DNA from: a virus
DNA length: 64,000 nucleotides
Reading direction: 5' to 3' (one strand)
Virus record (IMG/VR): IMGVR_UViG_3300028151_000001
Span: 6,095-70,094 of that record
In this document: positions 24,447 through 34,750 of the stretch, one piece after another
How the letters are laid out: each line of letters opens with the position of its first letter
How positions within the stretch are numbered: the first letter of the stretch is position 1
Translations under genes and position numbers: made by a program
Notes under the pieces: generated by a model
Told to the model about the DNA's origin: nothing
Database searches by the model: none
Seen by the model: only the letters and a program-made list of their open reading frames with translations

Positions 24447-26681
24447 ATGATTATCCCAAACAGAAACAAAACTACAATCATTGAAGGTGAAGGTAATGAC
24501 CTTTCAATGTGGCCTATCGATCAACTCCCCTACAAAGCTGCTGACGGTACAATTCAAGGCAGTGGTATGCGGGTGCTGTCTTCTGGCTCCCTTCTCGCTC
24601 CAGTAGGTTTTGCTGTAGAGTCCGGCAGTATTGATTTCGGAGATGTTATTAGACTTTCTGAATCAGCAGGCTTTCTTGCATTTGAGAACATGGTTGATAA
24701 TATTAAATATCAGCTTTTGGATTATGCCACTCCTAGAAATGCACCAGCTTCCAAGCCTTACTATTTCTATTTGAAAGAAGCTGAGCGAAGGGTTGATGCT
24801 CAGGCCAATGGTAGTATCACTATCTCGACAAACCCCCTCACCTTTAATTACACCACCCAATTTACTGCACGTACCAATTCCCTTATTTTTACTGCAACTG
24901 GGAATATGACCAACGTAAGGCTGCGTATCACAGACAAGAAGTCTGGTGTTGCAGTTAAGTACTTCCCCTCCAAATCCTCATGGACTACAGGTAAGGATGG
25001 AACAAGTTTCGGTATTGGTGAGAACGTACTAGACTTCTTGGATACAGCTGTAATCTTCCAAGCTGGTACAGACATTGTTTTTGATATCCAAGCTGACCAG
25101 ATGTTTCTTGCTGGCACAAATGGAATGCCTAAGTTTTCAGGGTATATTCAAGAGGGTGTTTTCATTGGTGTTGCTGATCAAAATGATCTTGACGACATTC
25201 AACAACAGATTAGTGAGATTGGTGAAGGATTCACAGGTAGTTATGCAGATTTAACAGATGTTCCAGCAACGTTTGCTCCATCTGCACATACGCATACCAT
25301 TTCAGAAGTAGATGGTTTACAGGGTGAAATATCCTCTGTAAATACAGATATAAACTACCTTAAATCTGAAAACTCAGGGTTGGCATCTGTAGCTAAAACT
25401 GGAAGTTATTCTGATCTGATTAATAAGCCTCCCATCCCAACAGCTACAAATCAGATAGAAAACAATAGTGGTTACATTACTGTAGATCACAAGCATCCAA
25501 TTAGTGATGTGACAGGGTTGCAGACAGCTATAGACAGTAAGCTCTCAACTACGGCTAATGTTCCAGCAAGCCAAGTTACAGGCTTATCTTCTGTTGCTGT
25601 AAGTGGATTATACACAGACCTTACAAATAAACCTGTGTTTCCAACCAAAGTAAGTTCGTTTGAAAATGATTCAGCTTACATCACATTGGCTCAGGTTCCG
25701 GCTGTTAATATCAGTTGGGCTGATGTTCAGAATAAACCTCTGACATTCCCACCCTCAGCCCACAGTCATTCCATCAGTGATGTAGCCAATCTTCAAGCAA
25801 CGCTTGACAGCAAGCGTAACTCTCTTGACGCTATTGCCTACTCAAGTCTTACTGGGCTGCCTACCCTGTTTTCAGGTGCTTATAATGACTTAACAGGTAA
25901 ACCAACACTGTTCAGTGGCTCTTATTCAGATTTGATTAACAAGCCTGTCTATGCAACAGTTGCATCAACTGGTAGTTATGCAGACCTTAGCAACAAGCCA
26001 GTTATTCCCACAGTTAACTATCCTGTAACATCGGTTGCTGGCAGAACTGGTGCAATTGTTCTTAGTGCAGCAGACGTAGGTGGATTGAGTAGCGTTGCTA
26101 CAAGTGGTGCCTATTCAAGTTTGACAGGTTTGCCAACTATACCAGCTGCACAGGTTAATAGTGACTGGGCAGCCACAGGTGGTGTAAGTCAGATTCTGAA
26201 TAAGCCTGTATTGTTTTCAGGTTCGTGGAATGATCTTACAAACAAACCTACAAGCTTTACACCAAGTGCTCATACCCACGTAATTAGTGATATTACAAAC
26301 CTTCAGACGACTCTTGATACCAAGATTACAGCTGCAACACTTCCTATCACAAGACGTGTTGATAACAGTTTGGTAGCCCGTACCAAGGTTAAATATTACA
26401 CAGTGGTGAGCGATAGCACATCTTCTGTCTGGACAGTGACAACAGGTACTGACTTCACAGAGATTCTTGATGTGCAAGTTCAGCCTGTGAGTACAGCTAA
26501 CACTATCGCAGGGATTAGGCAAGCTAGTTTGAATGCCTATACTACTACAAGTACAGCCTTAACAGGTCTTACTTATGGCAATAGTGTGCTGACAACTGTA
26601 CTGATTGGTCTTGGTGCTAACACACTTACACTTCTACCTAACACAACAGTCAGAGTAAGAGTTGAAGGGGTGGGTGCATAA
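24447..26681 (+). CDS. fibre-like virion protein with phage tail repeats
   Basis: About ten (S/A)Y/W-x-DL-x-NKP repeats and four H(T/S/K)H-x-IS(D/E)(V/I)..LQ repeats; Thr/Ser-rich. Confidence 0.75.
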   Translation: MIIPNRNKTTIIEGEGNDLSMWPIDQLPYKAADGTIQGSGMRVLSSGSLLAPVGFAVESGSIDFGDVIRLSESAGFLAFENMVDNIKYQLLDYATPRNAPASKPYYFYLKEAERRVDAQANGSITISTNPLTFNYTTQFTARTNSLIFTATGNMTNVRLRITDKKSGVAVKYFPSKSSWTTGKDGTSFGIGENVLDFLDTAVIFQAGTDIVFDIQADQMFLAGTNGMPKFSGYIQEGVFIGVADQNDLDDIQQQISEIGEGFTGSYADLTDVPATFAPSAHTHTISEVDGLQGEISSVNTDINYLKSENSGLASVAKTGSYSDLINKPPIPTATNQIENNSGYITVDHKHPISDVTGLQTAIDSKLSTTANVPASQVTGLSSVAVSGLYTDLTNKPVFPTKVSSFENDSAYITLAQVPAVNISWADVQNKPLTFPPSAHSHSISDVANLQATLDSKRNSLDAIAYSSLTGLPTLFSGAYNDLTGKPTLFSGSYSDLINKPVYATVASTGSYADLSNKPVIPTVNYPVTSVAGRTGAIVLSAADVGGLSSVATSGAYSSLTGLPTIPAAQVNSDWAATGGVSQILNKPVLFSGSWNDLTNKPTSFTPSAHTHVISDITNLQTTLDTKITAATLPITRRVDNSLVARTKVKYYTVVSDSTSSVWTVTTGTDFTEILDVQVQPVSTANTIAGIRQASLNAYTTTSTALTGLTYGNSVLTTVLIGLGANTLTLLPNTTVRVRVEGVGA

Positions 26682-26830
26682 TTAAGTAGTTTTACAGAGA
26701 ACATTTAAGGATGAATGTTCTTTAATAAAATTATTTCATATTTATTTTAGTAAACTATTGACTTTCATATGTTGATAGTGATACATTATCTTTCTTGAAG
26801 CAACTAAACGAATTTAAAAGGTACGAATAC

Positions 26831-27223
26831 ATGGCGAAGCAAATTGTTAACCTTACTTTCGGGAGTCCTGTAGACTTCGTTAATAAGGTACTGGAGATGG
26901 GTAAAGAAGGTTATACACTTCATGAGAACACTTACCCCCGTCTCAAAGGTTTCCCTATTACAGCAAGTCTGGTGATTGAGACAGATAAAACTGTAGAGCA
27001 AGCTCCCGGTTTGCAGACTATTCCGGTTCCTCTAGGTGAACAGGTTTACTCGAAAGAAGAATTGGAAGCAATGCCAATCGAAGAGATGCGTCCTATTGTG
27101 GCTTCTCGTGGTATTAAAGGCCGCGATAAAGTTAAAATGATCAAACAATATCTTGCTGCTGTAGAAAGTGGTAAGGATGTTGTGGAAGAAGAGTCTGAAG
27201 AAGAAAGTTCGGAAGATAAGTAA
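26831..27223 (+). CDS. hypothetical protein with C-terminal short helical domain and acidic tail (track start 26795)
   Basis: ORF track; AAGG SD before ATG 26831. Confidence 0.75.
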   Translation: MAKQIVNLTFGSPVDFVNKVLEMGKEGYTLHENTYPRLKGFPITASLVIETDKTVEQAPGLQTIPVPLGEQVYSKEELEAMPIEEMRPIVASRGIKGRDKVKMIKQYLAAVESGKDVVEEESEEESSEDK

Positions 27224-27315
27224 AATCAATGAGAGCGAACGGATGGCCATCCCCGCTAACTGCCAACTCAGTTAGCTAGCTCTCGCCTATTTAATCTAGT
27301 TGGAGATATTGAGTT

Positions 27316-28386
27316 TTGAATTACGAAAAGATTTACAATGCACTTGTAGAAAAAGCTAAAGTTCGTGGTCTTGATAAAAGGCAGCATGAAGGTTACTTTG
27401 AGATTCATCACATTATACCTAGATCACTAGGTGGAAGTAATGAGGACAGTAATCTGGTAATGCTGACAGGACGTGAGCACTTTGTAGCTCATATGTTACT
27501 TTGGAAAGCTTTTCCTCAAGAAAAGAGCTTAACTTTTGCAGCAATGATGATGAGTAATCGATCTGTTTGTAAAGTTAACTCGTATATTTATGAAAAACTC
27601 CGTGCTGATTTTTGCGTAGCATTATCTGAAAAATTTTCTGGAAAGCGGGTTAAAGACTTAGTTGGTAAACGTTTTACTAAGTTAGTTGTAAAAGAGTTTG
27701 CGGATTTTTATTATTCACCCGGAGGCTCTAAGCAATCAACTTGGATTTGTGAGTGTGATTGCGGCGGTGTAATTACTGTCGTAAGTGGCAGCTTAACTAG
27801 TAAAAATACACAATCCTGTGGTTGTTTATTGGCTGAATCTGGAAAAGCCCGTACAGGTGAAAATAACCACATGTGGGGCAAGAAGCACACAGAAGAAACA
27901 AAAGAAAAGTTTAAATCCCGAAATTATTTGAAGGGTGAAAATCATCCTTTCTTTGGTAAAAAGCTCTCTGAAGAGCATTGTAAGAATATGAGTGAGGCTA
28001 GGAAAGGTATTGGTTGGTCTGAAGAAACCCGTGAAATTATGATGAAATCCATGCGGTACGGTGAAGACCACCACATGTTTGGAAAGTCTCATCCTCCTGA
28101 ATTACTTAGGCAGATTTCACAATCGTTGAAGGCGCGTGACCAAAAGCCTTGGGAGAACTTAGCCACTCAAACCGAAGAATCATTGATTAAGTGGTCGGTG
28201 TGTGACTACTATTATGATCTTTGGATCCAATTTGATAGACCCGGTTTAAAAGTATTTACTAAAATTTATAACCAAACCCACAACGATAATGTAAGTTTGT
28301 CTTTCTTCACAAACCCTAGACTTAAATGGCTAGCTGGTTGGATTCCTAAAGAAGATCCTAAGTGGGTAGAATTCTCTAAAGGATAG
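27316..28386 (+). CDS. HNH homing endonuclease with NUMOD3-like repeats
   Basis: EIHHIIPRSLGG.N..SNLV.LT.REH..AH HNH motif; CECDCG..SCGC; NHMWGKKHTEETK and NHPFFGKKLSEE repeats. Confidence 0.88.
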   Translation: MNYEKIYNALVEKAKVRGLDKRQHEGYFEIHHIIPRSLGGSNEDSNLVMLTGREHFVAHMLLWKAFPQEKSLTFAAMMMSNRSVCKVNSYIYEKLRADFCVALSEKFSGKRVKDLVGKRFTKLVVKEFADFYYSPGGSKQSTWICECDCGGVITVVSGSLTSKNTQSCGCLLAESGKARTGENNHMWGKKHTEETKEKFKSRNYLKGENHPFFGKKLSEEHCKNMSEARKGIGWSEETREIMMKSMRYGEDHHMFGKSHPPELLRQISQSLKARDQKPWENLATQTEESLIKWSVCDYYYDLWIQFDRPGLKVFTKIYNQTHNDNVSLSFFTNPRLKWLAGWIPKEDPKWVEFSKG

Positions 28387-28388
28387 TT

Positions 28389-29831
28389 ATGGAAGAACAA
28401 AAACCAGTAGGTCCGAGTAGTCCGAAACAAAACCTTATTCTCCATCAGTCAAATGATACGGCTATTGTGGGTGGGGCAATGGGTTCTGGAAAAAGTTACG
28501 TAGCTTTGCTTTATCCTCTTAAGTTTGCTGAAGACCCTTACTTAAGAGGTGTAATCTTCCGTAAAACAACAGGAGAACTTACTGCACAGGGTGGTTTGTG
28601 GGAAACAGCTTGCGAGTTGTATTCCTATGTTTTTGGTGAAAAGAATATAAAAATTAACCAAAAACATTTAAAGATTACCTTTCCCTCGGGGGGCAGCATA
28701 AAGTTCTCCCATATGGAGCATGATCAGAACCGTTTCCAGCATCAAGGTGCACAATACACCTTTGTGTTATTTGACGAAGCAACACACTTTTCCCAAGTTT
28801 GCATAGAATATCTTGGTTTGCGGATACGTTCTGCGAGAGCAAAACATAAAAAGCAAATGGTCCTTACCTGTAACCCTGATCCTGACTGGTTTGCTCTAGA
28901 TTGGATTAAACCTTATCTGCAAGATGATGGTACTCCAGATTTATCAAAAGATGGTAAGACTAGATATTATGTAGTAGAAGATGGTAAATATTTGTGGGCC
29001 GACGACAGGGAAGAGTTAGAATCAATTTACGGTGAAGGGGAAGAGTCAGGTATTAAGACTTTTACCTTTATCAGTGCGACTTGTTATGATAACCCAATTT
29101 TGCTCGCCAACGATAGGGGCTACATTTCTACACTTAAAGCTAAACCCTACGTAGATGTACAGCGCTATCTTTTTGGAAATTGGTTTGTAAGGCCCTCTGG
29201 TAGCGGCATGTTCAAAAAATCTTGGCTGTCTCCAGTTAGGTTATTTGAACAAGAGATTGTATCCTATTGCCGCGCATGGGATATAGCTGGCAGTACGCCA
29301 TCAGACGAGAATCCAAATCCTGACTGGACTGCTGGTGTTCTAATGGCTAAGACTAAAAATGGCCGCTATATTATCGTTGACTGTGTAAGGTTTCGAGCTA
29401 GGTACGGAGAGGTTATCCGTAAGATGATTGAAATTGCTCGTGAAGATCCTGAAGGGACAATTATAGTTGCACCGCAGGAGCCAGGCCAAGCGGGAAAAGC
29501 TGCAAGTCAAATGATGCAGAAAGAGTTTATTTCTGAAGGCTTCAGTGCTCGTATGCGGCCAACTAACAAGAGTAAAGTTGTAAGGTTTCAACCCCTAGCT
29601 GCTGCTGCTGAGACAGGCTTGGTTGACTATGTTGAGGGTGAGTGGAATAAAGATTTCTTCTCAGAACTTGAAGCATTCGACGGCTCCAGAAATAAAAAAG
29701 ACGATCAATGTGACTCAGCAGGGGATGCGTTTGTAACCCTAGCTCAGAAAATGATTGTACCAAACTTCCTTTCAGGTATGCAGTCTTTTGGTTTTGAACA
29801 AACCAACAACCCTTTAAATAATATTCGTTAA
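28389..29831 (+). CDS. terL: terminase large subunit
   Basis: GGAMGSGKS Walker A, FDEATHF Walker B, LTCNP motif III, RAWD nuclease Asp, DDQCDS. Confidence 0.95.
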   Translation: MEEQKPVGPSSPKQNLILHQSNDTAIVGGAMGSGKSYVALLYPLKFAEDPYLRGVIFRKTTGELTAQGGLWETACELYSYVFGEKNIKINQKHLKITFPSGGSIKFSHMEHDQNRFQHQGAQYTFVLFDEATHFSQVCIEYLGLRIRSARAKHKKQMVLTCNPDPDWFALDWIKPYLQDDGTPDLSKDGKTRYYVVEDGKYLWADDREELESIYGEGEESGIKTFTFISATCYDNPILLANDRGYISTLKAKPYVDVQRYLFGNWFVRPSGSGMFKKSWLSPVRLFEQEIVSYCRAWDIAGSTPSDENPNPDWTAGVLMAKTKNGRYIIVDCVRFRARYGEVIRKMIEIAREDPEGTIIVAPQEPGQAGKAASQMMQKEFISEGFSARMRPTNKSKVVRFQPLAAAAETGLVDYVEGEWNKDFFSELEAFDGSRNKKDDQCDSAGDAFVTLAQKMIVPNFLSGMQSFGFEQTNNPLNNIR

Positions 29832-29843
29832 CAAGGAGCCTAC

Positions 29844-31334
29844 ATGGCTAGGACAAGGGCTCCCGTGGTGGATGCACTAAGTGTTCCTCTGACAACAGGT
29901 ACTGACTCAACTATTCCTAGAATTAAGTTCTCGGAAAATGGTCAGCCGGGAATGAACATTATTGGTGGCACTATCCTAGACGGTTGTGCAAAAGAACTCC
30001 AATGGCCTTGGTGCATTAACACATACAATAACATGCGTCGTGATGCTACTGTTAGTTCAGCTATTCAGTTAGTTGAAACAATGATTAGTAAAGTAAAGTG
30101 GAAAATTGAAATCCCACACGACGCTACAGACGATATGAAACGCAAGAAGAAATTCTTGGAAGAGTGCATCGCTGATCTAGACACAAGCCTTTATCAAACT
30201 ATTAAAGAAATCAGTTCTTTCAATACCTATGGTTTTTCTGTCATGGAAAAGGTATTCCGCAAAAGGCTGAAATCAAATGGTTCATATTATGATGATGGTT
30301 TGATTGGTATTAAAAAGATTGTTCCACGAGGCCAAGAAACAATTGCCAAGTGGGAGATGGATGAATACAACCGAGAGATTCAGGGTGTACGTCAGTGGAC
30401 AACAACCAAAACTGGTGATGTCCAACAGATGGAAATCTATCCCGGTGTTTTGATTCCTCGTGAAAAGTTTATGCTGTTCCGTACTAATGTTAGGAAGAAC
30501 TCACCAATTGGTGTTTCTCCTCTTAACTACTGCTGGGAAAGTTGGAAGTTTAAGAAGGCGTTAGAAGAAGCAGAAGCTATTGGTGTTAGTAAGGATATGA
30601 GAGGGCTTCCAGTTCTTACTATCCCTGTACAGTATATGGTTGATGGTGCATCTGATTCTGATAAACAGACATACGAGTACCTTAAGAAAGTAATGCGTAA
30701 CTTGCACCGTGAAGAGCAAGAAGGTTTAATTATTCCTTCTATCTTTGATGATGCCGGTAATAAGATGTTCAACTTTGAGCTTGCCGGTGTTACTGGCACA
30801 AAGAGCTTCAACGTTGGAGATATTATTGATCGGTATTCCAATGAAATCCTCATGTCTTTTTTCGCAGATGTTCTTAAGCTAGGTCAAGGTGCAACAGGCT
30901 CCTATAGCCTAGCAGATAGTAAAACATCCATCATTGCTACTCGTATTGAAGCTGCTCTCATGGAGATTCAAGATCAACTTAACAACGATCTAGTCAGACA
31001 ACTAGCTCAGTTGAATGGTTGGAATCCAGTTGATATGCCTAAGTTTGCTTACGGCGATATTGATAATCAGGATATTGGTGAGTATGCAAGTGCTCTTCAA
31101 CGAGTTAAAGCAACAGGTCTGGTTGTCCCTTCTCCTAAGAATATTAACTACATTGCTGAAGCGCTAGGTCTTCCAGACCGTGTTGATGAAAGTATGTCTC
31201 AAGAGGATCTTAATGAACTTCTTGGACCTTCTGAATCGGCTAGCGGAAGTGGCCTAAAGGAAGGGTTGCCATCAGGCACAGGAAACAATAACGGATCTTC
31301 TGGTGATTCATCTGTCTCAAACAAGGAAAACTAA
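29844..31334 (+). CDS. portal protein (DUF935-like)
   Basis: Follows terL; YGFS..EKV..KR, GxS.L, KLGQG..GSYSLA..K motifs; 496 aa. Confidence 0.88.
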   Translation: MARTRAPVVDALSVPLTTGTDSTIPRIKFSENGQPGMNIIGGTILDGCAKELQWPWCINTYNNMRRDATVSSAIQLVETMISKVKWKIEIPHDATDDMKRKKKFLEECIADLDTSLYQTIKEISSFNTYGFSVMEKVFRKRLKSNGSYYDDGLIGIKKIVPRGQETIAKWEMDEYNREIQGVRQWTTTKTGDVQQMEIYPGVLIPREKFMLFRTNVRKNSPIGVSPLNYCWESWKFKKALEEAEAIGVSKDMRGLPVLTIPVQYMVDGASDSDKQTYEYLKKVMRNLHREEQEGLIIPSIFDDAGNKMFNFELAGVTGTKSFNVGDIIDRYSNEILMSFFADVLKLGQGATGSYSLADSKTSIIATRIEAALMEIQDQLNNDLVRQLAQLNGWNPVDMPKFAYGDIDNQDIGEYASALQRVKATGLVVPSPKNINYIAEALGLPDRVDESMSQEDLNELLGPSESASGSGLKEGLPSGTGNNNGSSGDSSVSNKEN

Positions 31335-32693
31335 ATGTCTCATCAATTGATTAGGCTTCGTGACAAAGTATATAACACACCTCAATTGATGTCTTTGGTA
31401 TCCTTTGAGAATATCTGTGATTACCTAGATGCTCGTTGTTCGAAAGACTTCAAGCTTGAAGAGGGTGATTCAGAAAGACATGAGGTGACAGACCGCTACT
31501 CTTTCAATAGTGATATTGGTGTTGCTGTTATGAATCTCCAAGGTCCACTTACAGATAAGCCTGTAACTATGATGGGCTTTGATTGTGGTGGTACTAGCTA
31601 TCAGCAACTTAAGGAAGACTTTACATACCTTGCAGATAGTGGTGCCAAGACAATTGCATTCATGACTGACAGCGGCGGCGGTGAGGCTTACGGTGTATTT
31701 GATGCTGCCAATTATATCCGCTCGTATGCAGATACCAAGGGTGTAAAGATTCTGTCGTATATCGACGGACTCAGCGCATCGGCAGCCTATGCACTCACTG
31801 CAATCTCTGATGAAATCATCACAAATAGTCAGTCGGAATTGGGTAGCATCGGCGTAGTTGTTCGACTTATGAATGATAGCAAAGCTCTTGAGAAAGATGG
31901 TTATGAGCGTACCTTCATTACAGCAGGGGCTGATAAGGTTCCATTTGCAAATGATGGCTCTTTCAAACCAGAGTTTCTTGCAGACATCCAAACAAAAGTA
32001 GACACACTCTACGAAAGTTTTACAGAGTTTGTTGCCAGTAACCGGAACATGTCTGTAGAAGCAGTTAGAGCCACAGAAGCAAAGACTTTCCTATCCGGGG
32101 ATGCTTTGAAGCTTGGTCTAGCTGATAAAGTAATGACCCTTGAGGGTTTTTACGAATACTTAGCAGATACAGCGCAAAGTCACAAAGGTGATGAGAAATC
32201 AATGCTCAAAGACAAACTATTTAAAATGAATAAAGAAGGACAAAGTTTCGATATGAACGAACTAGAACTCGCTAAGTCGGAACTCTCCGAACTCGGCACT
32301 AAATACGAAGCACAAGCTGCTGATCTTCAACTTGCTTTGGCTGGTGTGCAAGACTTGCAAGCTAAACTGGCTGAAGCTCAAGGTGTTGTAGCTGAATTCA
32401 AAGCTGCTCAAGATAAAGCAGAACTTGAAGCTAAAGAAGCTGTAGCTGCCACCCGCAAAGCTGCTCTGGTAGCTTCGATTGGTGAAGATCAAGCTGCTGC
32501 CCTGTCTGCATCTCTTGAAGGTGTTTCAGACGCTCAATACGAAGCTGTAGTTGCTGCTGTTACTAAAGCAAATGCTGCTCTTGTAGAAAACCCACTTTTT
32601 AAAGAAATGGGTGCTGATGTAGAGGTCGAGACTAACCCCGATATGGAAGACGCTCTCGCTAAACTTATCCAAAAAACCTATAAAACTAAGTAA
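31335..32693 (+). CDS. prohead protease (S49/SppA-like) fused to a scaffold-like tail
   Basis: DSGGGE, SASAAY, GSIGV motifs; Ala/Glu-rich coiled-coil C-terminus. Confidence 0.9.
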   Translation: MSHQLIRLRDKVYNTPQLMSLVSFENICDYLDARCSKDFKLEEGDSERHEVTDRYSFNSDIGVAVMNLQGPLTDKPVTMMGFDCGGTSYQQLKEDFTYLADSGAKTIAFMTDSGGGEAYGVFDAANYIRSYADTKGVKILSYIDGLSASAAYALTAISDEIITNSQSELGSIGVVVRLMNDSKALEKDGYERTFITAGADKVPFANDGSFKPEFLADIQTKVDTLYESFTEFVASNRNMSVEAVRATEAKTFLSGDALKLGLADKVMTLEGFYEYLADTAQSHKGDEKSMLKDKLFKMNKEGQSFDMNELELAKSELSELGTKYEAQAADLQLALAGVQDLQAKLAEAQGVVAEFKAAQDKAELEAKEAVAATRKAALVASIGEDQAAALSASLEGVSDAQYEAVVAAVTKANAALVENPLFKEMGADVEVETNPDMEDALAKLIQKTYKTK

Positions 32694-32707
32694 GAGGACT
32701 ATTCCTA

Positions 32708-33127
32708 ATGGCTATTGTTAATCTGACCTACCGCACCCTTGGTGATCTGGTTGTTCACGAGTTGGACCCAAGTGTTGGTTACGCTCGTAAAGTTATCACC
32801 CTGAACTTCGCTGCTGCTGGTGCTGTTCCTATGGGTACTGTTGTAGCTCGTGCTGCTGCTGATACCACTTTCCACCGTGCTGTTGTTGCTGACCTCACCG
32901 CTGCTGGTACTCAGTTTGCAGTTGTGTTTGGTGATCGTCTTAGTTGGAAGCCTACCTTCGATGTAGCTGCAACCACTAACACTCCAGCCGTTGCCTTTGT
33001 TCGTGATGAAGTTATTCTGTCTGACTTCTTGATCAAAGCCGTTAACACTCAATTTAACGCTGCTCAGATTGTGACCCTCAAAGGTCTGCTGGAAGCACAA
33101 GGTATTCTTGTAGAAATCGCCTGTTAA
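32708..33127 (+). CDS. head decoration protein
   Basis: Position between protease and MCP; Ala/Val-rich; highly biased codons. Confidence 0.75.
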   Translation: MAIVNLTYRTLGDLVVHELDPSVGYARKVITLNFAAAGAVPMGTVVARAAADTTFHRAVVADLTAAGTQFAVVFGDRLSWKPTFDVAATTNTPAVAFVRDEVILSDFLIKAVNTQFNAAQIVTLKGLLEAQGILVEIAC

Positions 33128-33160
33128 GATTTCTAACACTAAACAATCGGAGCTAAATAA

Positions 33161-34234
33161 ATGGCAATTGCTTTTCAACCAAATAACACTACTCAGGTAA
33201 CTGAGCTTACCAACCAGATCGTAACCATTCCTAACCGTTGGGGTCTGATCAACAGCATGGGCCTGTTTAACGAGCAAGGTGTTACTCAAGAAAACGTATC
33301 GGTTTCCCTGCTGACTGAAGTTGATGGTCTGCCAGTTGACCGTAACTGGGATGAGCGTAACAGCACCATCAAGCCTACTCAGCGTGCTCTGGTAAGCTTC
33401 CCAATTCCTCACTTCCCACTGGATACCATGATCACTCCTCGTGATCTGCAAGGTATCATCTCTTGGACTAACTTTGCCCAAGGTCTGGAACTGGAAACTG
33501 TTGCTGCTGTACGTCTGCGTAAGATGCAAGAGATTCGCAATCGTTACGAGCGTCTGTCCGAAGTATCCCGTATGCAAATCATCACAACTGGTGGTGTGTA
33601 TGCTCCAAGCGGTACTCTGACCCGCTCTTATGGTCCAACCGTAAACTACTACAATGAGTTCGGTGTTACTCGTACTGAGATTGTTACTGATCTGGGTAAC
33701 GTCAACGTTGACCCTCTGAGCTACACCAACGACATTATCTCGGGTATCCAAGATGGTCTGTTGAATGGTCAAATCGCTGATAACTTTGTTGTAATCTGCT
33801 CGCCAGAATACTTCCAAGCTCTGATCACCAACCCTTATATCACTGAAGTGTATAAGTATTTCCGCCGTGATCAAGATCCACTGGTTAATCGTCTGTCGGC
33901 TGCTGGTATGGGTCTGCCTGCCAACTACCAAGTCTTCAACTTTGGTGGTCTGACTTTCATCGAATACCGTGGCACTTACACCGACCAAAACGGTGTTGTT
34001 CAACGCTTTATCCCTGCTGGTGATGCTTACGCGTTCCCACTGGGTGTAACTGATATGTTCCAGACCTACTTCGCTCCTGCTCTCACTTTCCCAAGTGTTA
34101 ACACTGCTGGTCAGTCTGTTTACTACGCAGAGTACATGGGCGATAAGATGGATAAGATTGAAATTATGTCTGAATCCAACCAGTTGAACGCTTGCTTGCG
34201 TCCACAAGCTATTGTTCGTCTGTCGTTGACCTAA
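33161..34234 (+). CDS. major capsid protein (capsid E family)
   Basis: 357 aa, strong codon bias, position, followed by terminator; GLF..QG, GGLTFIEYRG, ESN.L..C.RP features. Confidence 0.92.
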   Translation: MAIAFQPNNTTQVTELTNQIVTIPNRWGLINSMGLFNEQGVTQENVSVSLLTEVDGLPVDRNWDERNSTIKPTQRALVSFPIPHFPLDTMITPRDLQGIISWTNFAQGLELETVAAVRLRKMQEIRNRYERLSEVSRMQIITTGGVYAPSGTLTRSYGPTVNYYNEFGVTRTEIVTDLGNVNVDPLSYTNDIISGIQDGLLNGQIADNFVVICSPEYFQALITNPYITEVYKYFRRDQDPLVNRLSAAGMGLPANYQVFNFGGLTFIEYRGTYTDQNGVVQRFIPAGDAYAFPLGVTDMFQTYFAPALTFPSVNTAGQSVYYAEYMGDKMDKIEIMSESNQLNACLRPQAIVRLSLT

Positions 34235-34248
34235 GTTGTAAACAAGAT

Positions 34249-34276
34249 AGGGGATGAAATACTCCCCTTATTTTTC
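34249..34276 (+). terminator. intrinsic terminator after MCP
   Basis: AGGGGA...TCCCCT stem followed by TATTTTT. Confidence 0.75.
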
Positions 34277-34288
34277 AAAGGAAAAGAT

Positions 34289-34750
34289 ATGGCCCTCACA
34301 CCAATTCAAGCGGTTCGCCTTTTTATTGGTGATAACAGCGAACCATACACTTTCACGGATGAAGAAATTCAATACTTTCTTGATATGGCTGGTGGTAGTG
34401 TAAGACAAGCATCTATTTTTGCTATCTACGCAATCCTTGCAGACCTTGCCAAGAATAAATCAGTGTACCGCGAAACAGCAGGTCACTATGAAGTCTGGAG
34501 TAATGCTCTAGATTGGTACAAACTGCTATTGTCCAACATCACACAGAACCCAACACTAGGATTAGGTAGTCTTAATATCTATGCTGCTGGTATTGATACA
34601 GTGGATGTTTGGAATAACAGAGCAGATTGTGGAGCCTACTCAGGTAAGATTGTACAAACGATTGATGAAGTAGGTTGTAAGGAAGGTCACTGGATGGACA
34701 GGTTTGCATATGGAATTCCTGATCTCCCCTATTGGGTTGTGAGGCGATAA
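34289..34750 (+). CDS. head-tail adaptor protein
   Basis: VRLFIGD...FTDEEIQYFL motif; synteny. Confidence 0.7.
   Translation: MALTPIQAVRLFIGDNSEPYTFTDEEIQYFLDMAGGSVRQASIFAIYAILADLAKNKSVYRETAGHYEVWSNALDWYKLLLSNITQNPTLGLGSLNIYAAGIDTVDVWNNRADCGAYSGKIVQTIDEVGCKEGHWMDRFAYGIPDLPYWVVRR

Noticed and set aside
24447-26681. Possible DNA repeat array in the fibre gene
   Set aside because: Repeats are degenerate at DNA level and explained by protein repeats
28389-29831. Intron or intein in terL associated with the upstream HNH
   Set aside because: terL is contiguous with all motifs at normal length, and the HNH is free-standing; nrdJ likewise shows no intein
31470-31991. 173-aa antisense ORF in the prohead protease gene
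   Set aside because: Shadow of a conserved sense gene
32705-34207. 500-aa antisense ORF over the decoration and capsid genes
   Set aside because: Shadow ORF: strong codon bias of highly expressed sense genes removes antisense stops; no SD and no protein-like motifs
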